From positions 849,639 to 913,638 of the forward strand of contig CP066693.1 of the NCBI GenBank assembly GCA_016432525.1: a stretch of DNA of 64,000 nucleotides, written 5' to 3'. Position numbers and translations under genes: made by a program. Under the pieces are notes generated by a model. The model ran no database searches. It saw only the letters and a list, made by a program, of their open reading frames with translations, and was not told where the DNA came from. The stretch is from Candidatus Woesebacteria bacterium. GTDB lineage: Bacteria; Patescibacteriota; Microgenomatia; UBA8517. Positions 38,063 through 47,068 of the stretch are shown piece after piece. Numbering within the stretch: position 1 is the first letter of the stretch; each line of letters begins with the position of its first letter.

Positions 38063-38665
38063 TCATACGAGTCGACCGGTCAGGAAAAGCCAGATAGCCC
38101 AAACCGTCTCTTGCGAAACAGAGGCCAAGACCTTGGTCGGCGGCTCATAAGCCAAAAAGGTGGTGTCTATGATCCTAAGAGCCTCATCATTCCCAGCGTT
38201 GGACTTCCTGAGCCACTTCCAAACCCTACGATTCAGGTTGGGAATGAACTTCGGGTCATCAGTAACGACATAAAAAAGCAGATCAGCCGCCCACTGATGA
38301 GCACCACGGCCTTCTGTGCCGGGAATCGGCTCACCAGTTTTATTGCTGACAATCTTTGTGCTCTCACCCTGCATGGAATCATCACAGAGATTAATCAGTC
38401 TCTCAAGTGTCTCCTTGCCCAAAATTGCCTCCATAGCAGGTCCACGCCCGGTCGTAATCGACCGAAATTGGGTCTCCTCCCGGATTTGCCTCATTACCTT
38501 TGGTCCCAGTTTGTCTGGATCAAGGTTGTAACCCAAGATGGTAAGCCATACCCGCATTGCCGTAAGCTGATCAAAGCTAAAAAATTCAATCGGATACGGA
38601 TTCTCTGAGTTAACTAAATTGAGAATAATCCGATCAATTTCTTCACGAATATCTTTAGGTGCCAT
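38063..38665 (-). CDS. hypothetical protein (200 aa), GC-rich, embedded in the ATP-grasp array
   Basis: Clearly higher GC than its neighbours. No recognisable motif. A 9-bp perfect inverted repeat lies downstream (38005..38040). Confidence 0.4.
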   Translation of the reverse strand: MAPKDIREEIDRIILNLVNSENPYPIEFFSFDQLTAMRVWLTILGYNLDPDKLGPKVMRQIREETQFRSITTGRGPAMEAILGKETLERLINLCDDSMQGESTKIVSNKTGEPIPGTEGRGAHQWAADLLFYVVTDDPKFIPNLNRRVWKWLRKSNAGNDEALRIIDTTFLAYEPPTKVLASVSQETVWAIWLFLTGRLV

Positions 38666-38734
38666 TTCTTCCTCCAGGCTACTTAGCCTTAGAATATAGA
38701 ATAGTAAACATATTATATCATACTACAGGATAGT

Positions 38735-39622
38735 TTAACTACTTTGAAGAGTCTCAAAATATTTAATGATTTCGAGAGCTGCATTTACGCTCGTATATTT
38801 TTCCAGACCTTCAAACTGAGGGGCTGGATTTACCTCAAGTATATATGGCTTGTCAGTTTCTTTATTTATCATAATATCAACTCCTGCAATTTGAGTTCTC
38901 ACAACAGCTGCTACACTCTCGGCCAATTCTCTAACATCCGCTCGACTATTCAAATCAAAATTAGAACCCATCCCTCCTTGACTGATATTACTTCTAAACT
39001 CCCCGATCTTTGGAGTTCTCTTCATGGCCCCAACTGCTTTATACCCAACACAAAAAACTCTAATATCTCCATCGTTTGGAATAAACTCTCTTACAACAAA
39101 CGATAAAGAACTTTTAAGTATTTCGGAAGCCCTAGCTTTAAGCTCATTCATATCATTTGCCTTAAATACACCTTTACCTTTTCTTCCATCACTTCTTTTA
39201 ATAATGATTGGAAATTTAAATTCACCAGAAAAATTATCTAAAAATTTTATTGAAAAGAAAAGAAAGCTTCTTGGATATTGAAAGTTATTTTGAGTTTGCC
39301 TTAAATAATCTATGGCAGGAGTTAAAAAATAATTATACGTTGGGTCAATCACCTTCTTATTTACTATTATGGTTTTATATTTCTCCGCTAAATATAAAAA
39401 CGCTGTATACCATTCCCATCTTCTTTTGCTAGTTAGGGAATAAACTAGATTATATGAGGACAAATCATGTCCAGTTAGAATTGGTTTAAATTCATTAGTT
39501 GATGTATCAATTATAAGATCAGATGAAAGAGATCCCAAAACTTCATGTCCTCTTTTTTTACCTTCTTCAGAAAGTCTTTCAAACTGAATTCCTTTTGTAA
39601 GTCCAACAATAAGTATTTTCAT
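38735..39622 (-). CDS. RimK-like ATP-grasp ligase (paralog 2)
   Basis: FPIIIKRSDGRKGKGVF and GVDIMINKETDKPYILEVNPAPQF. Confidence 0.75.
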   Translation of the reverse strand: MKILIVGLTKGIQFERLSEEGKKRGHEVLGSLSSDLIIDTSTNEFKPILTGHDLSSYNLVYSLTSKRRWEWYTAFLYLAEKYKTIIVNKKVIDPTYNYFLTPAIDYLRQTQNNFQYPRSFLFFSIKFLDNFSGEFKFPIIIKRSDGRKGKGVFKANDMNELKARASEILKSSLSFVVREFIPNDGDIRVFCVGYKAVGAMKRTPKIGEFRSNISQGGMGSNFDLNSRADVRELAESVAAVVRTQIAGVDIMINKETDKPYILEVNPAPQFEGLEKYTSVNAALEIIKYFETLQSS

Positions 39623-40491
39623 TTTGCATTTGCAATTGCGTGTTCAACATAAACTTTCCCAATATTCTTTGAATATGCCTTTTCCATCCCGATAAAACCA
39701 GCAGTATGATTAACCTCCAATAAATATTTTTTGTTTTGCTTATCAATCAAGATATCTACTCCAGCAACGCTCATGTCAACAGCTTTTACGGCCAAATTAG
39801 CCAGTTTACGGCTTTCGCTATCAAGCTCAATAGTTTCAACACTTCCACCAAGAGAAAAATTTGCTCTAAACTCACCCTGCCCTGGAATTCTTCTCATTGG
39901 AAAAATCTCCCCTCCGATAACCAAAGCTCTAATATCATATTCATAATCAATGAATTTTTGCGCTATAAAACTTTTTGCTTCTTTTCCCTCTTCCTGAAGT
40001 TTCGAAATAAGATCGTTTAGTTCGTTTTGATTATTTAGCTTATATACAGAAGCCCCCTTGCCCATCCTGGATGATTTAAAAACAAATGGAAATCCTAAAG
40101 TTTGAGATGCTTTTTTATAATCTTCAAAATCCCTAGAATAAAAGCTGTCTGGAATAGGTAAATGATTAATATTAAGCCTCAATATATCACCGATTTTATC
40201 GATTGAATATTGATGTTTGAGTACATTATTGTCAAAAATCTTTATTCCTCTTTCCTTAAGCGCCACTATAACATTTGAGATAGATTTTATTGATGTAAAT
40301 ATCCCCCTAACAATTGCGATATCACAATTTAAATTATCTAACTTATCTACATTTAGTTTGTTATCAATTATAGAAAATTTAAATTCCGATAGATCAACGA
40401 GCTCAAAATCATGTCCCAAAGCACGTATTTCTTCTTCAATTCTTTTGTTTTCATCAAGACTTGTTAAAGTTGTAATAAGAGATATCTTCAT
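39619..40491 (-). CDS. RimK-like ATP-grasp ligase (paralog 3)
   Basis: FPFVFKSSRMGKGASVY and GVDILIDKQNKKYLLEVNHTAGF. 4-bp overlap with paralog 2. Confidence 0.75.
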   Translation of the reverse strand: MKISLITTLTSLDENKRIEEEIRALGHDFELVDLSEFKFSIIDNKLNVDKLDNLNCDIAIVRGIFTSIKSISNVIVALKERGIKIFDNNVLKHQYSIDKIGDILRLNINHLPIPDSFYSRDFEDYKKASQTLGFPFVFKSSRMGKGASVYKLNNQNELNDLISKLQEEGKEAKSFIAQKFIDYEYDIRALVIGGEIFPMRRIPGQGEFRANFSLGGSVETIELDSESRKLANLAVKAVDMSVAGVDILIDKQNKKYLLEVNHTAGFIGMEKAYSKNIGKVYVEHAIANAK

Positions 40492-40507
40492 TTTTATTAT
40501 TTGTGAT

Positions 40508-41845
40508 TCATACCTGTTTATGACTCCAAAGCTTCTGATACCAATCCGCGCTTTTGTCTATCTGCTTTGGACTAACCAAAAATCCTGACAAATCTCGTCT
40601 TCCTATTATAATCTGAGATCTTAAATTTGATCTATTTGCTAAACTTGCAATCGTAACAATTTTCCTCCCAGCTAGATAGAATGTCAAATTGATAACTGTT
40701 CTATTTTCCTTACCCAAGCCACTTTTTACCTTTTTCGACCATAAAATATTTTCTTTTGTTACGAGTCCCAGTTTTTTTGCCAAGTCCCTATCCATTGAAG
40801 TTCTCCATGCACCAGTATCAATTTTTGCAATCATTTCGTGTTTCTTGCTACTGTTGGATACCACTTTTATTTTTTCCCAAGTATTAATTGTTTTAATTCC
40901 ATCATCAGGAATTACTCTGTTTCCAAATCTTTCTCCAAAGATAGCTTTGGCTATCTTTACAGCATGCTCGCTATCTCTTACTTCCAAATCCTCTACACGA
41001 TCCAATCTTTTTTTAAGACCAGCCATATTGGCAAGTTGAATTTGAAGTCCGGGTCGTGCATTTAACTCCAATATCATAGGCCCATCAGTTGGATGAAGTA
41101 TAATATCCACACCAACATATCCAAGCCCACAAGCTTCAGCAGTTTTAGATGCAAGATCCAAAATCTTATTCCATTGAGGAATTTTAATTCCATTGAGCTT
41201 TCGCTTTGTATCAGGCTTGTAAATTATCGGATTTCCATGATAAATTGCCCGTGTTGTAATACCAGTTGCAATATCAATTCCAACAGCAACCGCTCCTTGA
41301 TGAAGATTTGCTCTTCCTCCTGATTCCTTTGTAGGGAGTCTGAGCATTGCCATAACCGGAATTTTGTTAAAAACAATAACACGGATATCAGGTGTTCCGC
41401 GATACGCATATCGCAAAAATGCCTTATGTCTTCCAACATATTCCTGAATAAATGCAACGTCAGGCACATTTCCAAGGCTATAAGCCCCTTCCAAAATATC
41501 AACAACCTTAAGCTTCAAGTCCTCAACTGTAACTCTCTCTTTTTGCGTTGTAACCCACCCGTTTCCATCTCTAGCCTTTCTTTTAATAACTACGATTCCC
41601 TCGCCTCCAAATCCTCTGCTTGGTTTTAATACAAAACTACTGGGTAATTTTTCCCAACTAAAATCAGTTATATCCGCCAAACTTTTGAATCTTTTGTAAA
41701 CCATTGGGGTTGGAATTTTAGCCCTTTTCAAAACTCTATACATCTGAAGTTTTGAATCAGCGATTCTTTTTCCAACTCTTGAATTATATTTATATAAATA
41801 AAGCTGCGATCTTGCATTGAGTCCCAATATTGAAGAAATTTTCAT
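40508..41845 (-). CDS. ATP-grasp ligase (paralog 4) fused to a C-terminal retropepsin-like aspartyl peptidase domain (RimB/'ATP-dependent Zn protease'-like)
   Basis: N-terminal ATP-grasp (VLKPSRGFGGEGIVV ... GVDIILHPTDGPMILELNARPGL). C-terminal KIDTGAWRTSMD (DTGA) retropepsin-like signature. Confidence 0.65.
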   Translation of the reverse strand: MKISSILGLNARSQLYLYKYNSRVGKRIADSKLQMYRVLKRAKIPTPMVYKRFKSLADITDFSWEKLPSSFVLKPSRGFGGEGIVVIKRKARDGNGWVTTQKERVTVEDLKLKVVDILEGAYSLGNVPDVAFIQEYVGRHKAFLRYAYRGTPDIRVIVFNKIPVMAMLRLPTKESGGRANLHQGAVAVGIDIATGITTRAIYHGNPIIYKPDTKRKLNGIKIPQWNKILDLASKTAEACGLGYVGVDIILHPTDGPMILELNARPGLQIQLANMAGLKKRLDRVEDLEVRDSEHAVKIAKAIFGERFGNRVIPDDGIKTINTWEKIKVVSNSSKKHEMIAKIDTGAWRTSMDRDLAKKLGLVTKENILWSKKVKSGLGKENRTVINLTFYLAGRKIVTIASLANRSNLRSQIIIGRRDLSGFLVSPKQIDKSADWYQKLWSHKQV

Positions 41846-41864
41846 AATTTATTACAAGCTTTGC

Positions 41865-42674
41865 TTATTTTGACTTAATCAGTTTTCTAAATCGATAGTA
41901 TTCCAAAAATCTTAAACCCGAATATTTTCCAATTACAAAATCCAAAACAGCAACTCCTATCAAAAGAATTTCGGGATGAGCAAGAGCAAAACTTCTCAAA
42001 ACCTGAGTAACCAAAAGAAGGTATGACAAAAAACCCAAAAACAGTGTTTCTGCTGTTATCTTGATGGCTGTTTTCCCAGATTTTCCAAGTTGAACTCTTG
42101 TAAAATCCTCAGACAAAAGAACCAAAACAAGGACAGGGAAAATAGATACATTTGCTATGTCAATTCTTCCGATTACAGGAGTTAAAAATACAAGTCCGAG
42201 TAAACATACTGCAATTGCCCAAAGTATAAATGCCATACGAGGAAGATATTGCAACCTAACCTTGGCATCCCTCAAAAAGACACGCGTAAATGTAGACACA
42301 AAAACAATTATTAGAAATAAAATAATTCCAATCAAAGGGCCTATTGATAAAAATACAACAGAAAGCGCTGCAGGAAGTAAAATTCCAAAACCTCGAATAC
42401 CAACTATGTGGCGAATTGCAGCAATCAAAGATGCAACCAGAGGTAATAATAGAAGAAGAGTTATAGTATCCGAAGACACTCCTGATGCAATCGCATAGGA
42501 AATCGCATAAGATATAACATTCCCAGGCCAAAAAGCCGATGTCCCAGCCAAAAATCTATTAGCAATAAAAAAAGTTAAAACAAATGTTGCCAAAAAAAAG
42601 GTAAGAAGTGTTACTTTTCGAAGGGTTGTCATGGAAATAAGCTCCAAAATTATACCATTTTTTGAAGATGTCAA
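41865..42674 (-). CDS. polytopic (about 7-8 TM) membrane protein heading the ATP-grasp operon
   Basis: Seven to eight hydrophobic helices. Sits where 7TM partners of RimK-like/peptidase systems are described. Divergent from the rSAM gene. Confidence 0.45.
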   Translation of the reverse strand: MTSSKNGIILELISMTTLRKVTLLTFFLATFVLTFFIANRFLAGTSAFWPGNVISYAISYAIASGVSSDTITLLLLLPLVASLIAAIRHIVGIRGFGILLPAALSVVFLSIGPLIGIILFLIIVFVSTFTRVFLRDAKVRLQYLPRMAFILWAIAVCLLGLVFLTPVIGRIDIANVSIFPVLVLVLLSEDFTRVQLGKSGKTAIKITAETLFLGFLSYLLLVTQVLRSFALAHPEILLIGVAVLDFVIGKYSGLRFLEYYRFRKLIKSK

Positions 42675-42810
42675 GCCACTTGCTCTTGTTTTTGGTCCAC
42701 CAAAATCCGCAAACTTGATTCAAGTGATATAATAATCTATAGGATATTAGAATAATATCTTTTATTTCAAAAGCACATTCACATATTAGTTGTAGCGAAA
42801 GCAGGATCAA

Positions 42811-43929
42811 ATGAACGAATGGATATTCAGGACTTTCAGTCCAATAATAAAAGTCGTTGGAGCGGGATGTAATTTAAGATGTACATACTGCTTCTACTTT
42901 GGACATCAGCCAAAGATAAATATAATGGGAAATGATGTGTTGAAACTAGTATTAAGCGAGTGTCTTCAAGCGGCGTCTTTCGTTAGATTCATCTGGCACG
43001 GAGGTGAACCCACAATAGCAGGAGCAGAATATTATCGAAAGATACTTGCCATAGAAGACAAAGTTCGTAGAGATGGTCAAAAAGTTACTCATAGTATACA
43101 AACCAATGCTACGCTTTTAAATCCTCAATGGATTGATCTTCTTAAATCCAAGAGATTCTCTATCGGAGTAAGCATTGATGGGCCAGAATACCTCCATAAT
43201 TTTGCTAGAATCAACGCAAACGGTCGCGGATCATTTAGAGAGGTTCAAAAAGGTATCGTGCTATTTCGGAATGCAGGAATAAAATTCGGCTCAATCGCTG
43301 TAGTCAATAGTTACACAGTGAATTTCCCTGAAGAAATATTCTGGTTTATGTACAATCAGAAAATTTCCTTTAGTGCTAATGCGTGTGTAGCATATCCTAG
43401 CGATCCAGAGGAGGTCAGACAATTAACAATAAGCCCAATGCAATTCTCTAATTTCCTTCTTCGATTGTTAGATCTATGGCTAAAAACAGATGATCCAACA
43501 TTCAACATCAAGCCATTAGATGACATAATCAAAGGAATATTAGGACGACAACCTTCTCTGTGTAGATATCGCGGACAATGTCAAATGTATCTAACAATAG
43601 ACTCCAATGGAGATGTTTATCCATGCGATGAGTATCTAAATCAAAATTACAACTTTGGCAACCTAAGACAAACGCCATTGAAAAAAATTGTTCAAAGCAC
43701 AAACCTCAATGAGTACTATGCAGGCAGAACAATCATGCAAACTGTCTGTCAAAACTGTCAATGGTTCAATATCTGCAAAGGAGGCTGTATGAGAGAATGG
43801 GGCGGTTCTAAATCCATTACCGACCCTAGAGAAACGGAATTCTGCAAAGCTCGACAGTTTCTGTTCGAGGAAGTAAGAGATCGAATTCAGCTATTGGGAT
43901 ATTCCAAAAAGGAGATTCTAAATGTCTGA
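42811..43929 (+). CDS. radical SAM enzyme with C-terminal SPASM domain (peptide-modifying maturase type)
   Basis: CNLRCTYC (CxxxCxxC) near the N-terminus. C-terminal CQNCQWFNICKGGC (Cx2Cx5Cx3C) plus additional auxiliary-cluster Cys. Confidence 0.9.
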   Translation: MNEWIFRTFSPIIKVVGAGCNLRCTYCFYFGHQPKINIMGNDVLKLVLSECLQAASFVRFIWHGGEPTIAGAEYYRKILAIEDKVRRDGQKVTHSIQTNATLLNPQWIDLLKSKRFSIGVSIDGPEYLHNFARINANGRGSFREVQKGIVLFRNAGIKFGSIAVVNSYTVNFPEEIFWFMYNQKISFSANACVAYPSDPEEVRQLTISPMQFSNFLLRLLDLWLKTDDPTFNIKPLDDIIKGILGRQPSLCRYRGQCQMYLTIDSNGDVYPCDEYLNQNYNFGNLRQTPLKKIVQSTNLNEYYAGRTIMQTVCQNCQWFNICKGGCMREWGGSKSITDPRETEFCKARQFLFEEVRDRIQLLGYSKKEILNV

Positions 43930-44167
43930 CATACTCATATCCACAATCAGATGCGTGGCAATCCCACCTCCGTCTCACATCGGTCCTTCTCAAATCGTAA
44001 ACGCTCTTTTGGCAAACAGCAGCCCTCTTGCTATAAATGCCAATATGCCTGCAATAGACGGCGAAGAGGATTGGGACGACGATTGGGACGATAGCTGGTC
44101 GGAACATTCAGATGGGCCAAGCTGGGGTGACGGCGACCAATGGAGTGATTCCACTCACAATCCATAA
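43922..44167 (+). CDS. candidate RiPP precursor peptide (81 aa) with five Trp-x-Asp/Glu repeats
   Basis: ATG overlaps the rSAM stop (atgtctga). Leader-like N-terminal half, then core EEDWDDDWDDSWSEHSDGPSWGDGDQWSDSTHNP. Confidence 0.55.
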   Translation: MSDILISTIRCVAIPPPSHIGPSQIVNALLANSSPLAINANMPAIDGEEDWDDDWDDSWSEHSDGPSWGDGDQWSDSTHNP

Positions 44168-44272
44168 CGTCGAAAACTACAACATAGTATGCTAAAATAA
44201 AAAGCCTGGATCCTACTTGCTCTAAACAAAAGTGGGATCTGGGCCTCTCTGAAACGAGAGATACAAAAAATT

Positions 44273-45277
44273 ATGAATCTCAACTTCCGAATTACAAAAA
44301 CTTCTAATCTTTTTCATTTCATCTCAAATCTAACTAACTGGCATTTCAGTGTTAGACCTTCATACAAAAGATACTGGTTAGAAAAAACTGGTCCACTTAC
44401 AAAAAAAGAGGAAGAAACACTTCAAGAAGTAGATTCTTTATTTAAAAAATACAATTTTGGTCCCAATTACTGGGGACACGTACTATTAACAGAAGAAGAT
44501 GAAATTGTTTGGGAAAAAGCAAATAAAAAATTTGGGGCAAAAGATACCGAAAAATTCAGGCATTTTGAAAAAGTATTTTCAAAAAGATTTGAAAAAATCT
44601 GGACAGAAGACAAAAACAAATTAACTGAATGGAAAAAAGTATTAGAAAGATCAAATCAAAATAAAACTTCTGATAAACTTATTGAAACTCTAAATTCATT
44701 ATTTGGAAAAGACGGGGGCGGAGAGGTGATTGATGTAATCTTACTATTAAGCACTCCTAACACACGAGGTGCTGGTGGTGGAAATCTAGCTCCTCGCGCT
44801 ATTACATTGGAAGTATCTCAAACTCCAGACCAGTATACTACTAACGTTCAACTTATGCTTTGGCACGAACTTGTTCACGTAATTTGGGAAAAAGGACCGT
44901 ATCAAAAAACATTCAATAACTTTCACGAAAAGTTATTGAATTCAGGAGCTCTATCTCCTGTAGAAAATGTCCCATTAAGAGTTACACTCAACGAAGCTGT
45001 AATGGAATCCCTCTTACCTTATGGATATCTTGGATATAAATATTTCAATTATAAAAGTAAAGATTACTTCAATGAAATACTTTCGAAACTTGAAAACAAT
45101 TTCGACAAGAATCAAGTGATGATATATTGGCGAGTATATTCTGCCAACAAACTTTTTGAATTATCTCAAAATTATTGTGAAAGAGGAAAAGCAATTGATA
45201 AAGACTTTTTAGAAAAGGTTGTAAAAATAATGATTGAATTTATTAATAAAAGGTGGAGTCTATCAACCAATCCCTGA
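44273..45277 (+). CDS. hypothetical protein with an HExxH motif (WHELVH); possible metallopeptidase
   Basis: LMLWHELVHVIWE. Immediately downstream of the precursor. Confidence 0.35.
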   Translation: MNLNFRITKTSNLFHFISNLTNWHFSVRPSYKRYWLEKTGPLTKKEEETLQEVDSLFKKYNFGPNYWGHVLLTEEDEIVWEKANKKFGAKDTEKFRHFEKVFSKRFEKIWTEDKNKLTEWKKVLERSNQNKTSDKLIETLNSLFGKDGGGEVIDVILLLSTPNTRGAGGGNLAPRAITLEVSQTPDQYTTNVQLMLWHELVHVIWEKGPYQKTFNNFHEKLLNSGALSPVENVPLRVTLNEAVMESLLPYGYLGYKYFNYKSKDYFNEILSKLENNFDKNQVMIYWRVYSANKLFELSQNYCERGKAIDKDFLEKVVKIMIEFINKRWSLSTNP

Positions 45278-45291
45278 AACTTTAAAGGACA

Positions 45292-45501
45292 TTACCCTTG
45301 TTTCTGTATCCCTAAAATCCACAAAACAGCTTCTTTTTTGTAACGTCTGTCTCCTCTTGAATTAATCCTAATCGGAGGAAGTTTACCTCTTTTGCCCCAC
45401 CTCTTAATAGTAAGGGGAGAAACTCTTAGAAGTTCTGCAACCTCCCTTACTGTCAATAAATCTGGCAGTTCATCAAGGTTGATCTTCTTTTTACTATTCA
45501 T
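45292..45501 (-). CDS. small helix-turn-helix DNA-binding protein (excisionase/MerR-like HTH)
   Basis: LLTVREVAELLRVSPLTIKRW HTH signature. 69 aa. Confidence 0.55.
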   Translation of the reverse strand: MNSKKKINLDELPDLLTVREVAELLRVSPLTIKRWGKRGKLPPIRINSRGDRRYKKEAVLWILGIQKQG

Positions 45502-45574
45502 ATCTTAATTGATATAGTCTCAAGCCTAAGGCTTAACTTAATCAATCACAAATTAACAAAAGGTATCATTTATG

Positions 45575-47068
45575 TCAACGGTCAATTACACCATAAATTA
45601 TATATGGCCCAAATTGGTTCAGTTTTACAAAGCCTGGATAAGGCTTCTCGTTTGAATAAATTAAAAGGTAATGAGCCTCAAAATCACTATATTCTTCAGA
45701 TCTTTTAAGTTGCTCTCGCCAAACATAAGCTGTTGCCCAATTAAAATAAAAGCCAAAAGGCCTTTTAGCATCATTACTCAAACTATATTCAAAATACCCT
45801 CTTCCAAGCGCATCTTTATCTATAAAGTTTATAGATTTATCCAAAAAACTATAAGGAATATCTGAATAATGGCTTAAAAAACCGTTTGGATATGTGTAGT
45901 TTTCAATAAATCTAAAATAAGAAAAACTAAATCCGGCAAACCACAAAATCAAAAAAGGGAAAACAAATAAGATTACCCAGCCATTTTTAGCTATATCATC
46001 AATAGTAATACCAAAAATTAAAGCAAGTGCCGGCAAGCTTATCAAAAAGTATCTGGGCACAATTGGAATTTTAAAAAGAATCAAAAACCAAACAGGAGCA
46101 ACAGCCCAAGCAAGTAATAATAGTTTATTAAAACTCTTCTTCTCCTTCAAAGCTTTTATGGCAAAATATATTAGAGCACCACAGATCGAAAATTTCATCA
46201 CCAAACCTAACTTTAAAAGTTGGGAATTTATATCTGAAAATTTTTTATACCCATACCCAAGTTGATATTCAAAATCACCTCCCCCAATAAAATTAAAATA
46301 ATGAGAGGCTACATCAGCACTCCTTTGAATAATAGACATATTTTTATCTTCAAACTTAGTTTCAGACTTAAAAAAACTTCCAAACTTATTATTATTTCTA
46401 TAGTAAATCAAAGAAGGAACAAATATTACACCTGCCAAAACTATCCCAATGAAAAAATACCTTTTTGAGATTCCTTTAAGGCTAATTACTACTGCCCAAA
46501 AACTAGTAAATACAAATGAAAAACAAATAAGATAAAGCTGAATTAACGCCCCCCACAAAAAAGCAAGAAATATAATGAATTTACTTTTCTTTTTCAAGGC
46601 CAAAAATGTAATAAGAATTGAAATTGATACAAAGCTAACAACTGGTGTGGGCTGATAAATCATTCTAGAAAACACAATCCACCATGGATGCACTGCCAGA
46701 AAAAGAGATGAAATAATAGCCACTTTCAAAGAAAAAAACTTGTAGCCAACCACAAATATAGCTAAAACACTCACCAGATTAAAAATGGAAACCAAAATTG
46801 ATGCACTTACAGGGTTTGTGCTAAAAGCTATAAAGGGAGCAAAAAACCAGATCAAAATTGGTCCCCAAGATAAATTTCCCCAAGGAGATTCTAAAGCAAA
46901 TTTCTGAGCGTTCAAAAAGTTTCCATGTCTTAGATATTCCTGAACTTGAGTCGCAAGCCTAGGTTGGTCATATCCAAACTCAATCGTATCAATGTGAGAT
47001 AGACGCAAAAAAAGATAGATAGAAGAAATTAATACTAAAACTAAAAATATGGCTACATTACGCGACAC
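45575..47068 (-). CDS. GT-C fold glycosyltransferase (ArnT/PMT-like, family 39/83 type)
   Basis: Twelve or more TM helices. N-terminal loop FGYDQPRLA and a topology typical of lipid-linked sugar transferases. Confidence 0.55.
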   Translation of the reverse strand: MSRNVAIFLVLVLISSIYLFLRLSHIDTIEFGYDQPRLATQVQEYLRHGNFLNAQKFALESPWGNLSWGPILIWFFAPFIAFSTNPVSASILVSIFNLVSVLAIFVVGYKFFSLKVAIISSLFLAVHPWWIVFSRMIYQPTPVVSFVSISILITFLALKKKSKFIIFLAFLWGALIQLYLICFSFVFTSFWAVVISLKGISKRYFFIGIVLAGVIFVPSLIYYRNNNKFGSFFKSETKFEDKNMSIIQRSADVASHYFNFIGGGDFEYQLGYGYKKFSDINSQLLKLGLVMKFSICGALIYFAIKALKEKKSFNKLLLLAWAVAPVWFLILFKIPIVPRYFLISLPALALIFGITIDDIAKNGWVILFVFPFLILWFAGFSFSYFRFIENYTYPNGFLSHYSDIPYSFLDKSINFIDKDALGRGYFEYSLSNDAKRPFGFYFNWATAYVWREQLKRSEEYSDFEAHYLLIYSNEKPYPGFVKLNQFGPYIIYGVIDR

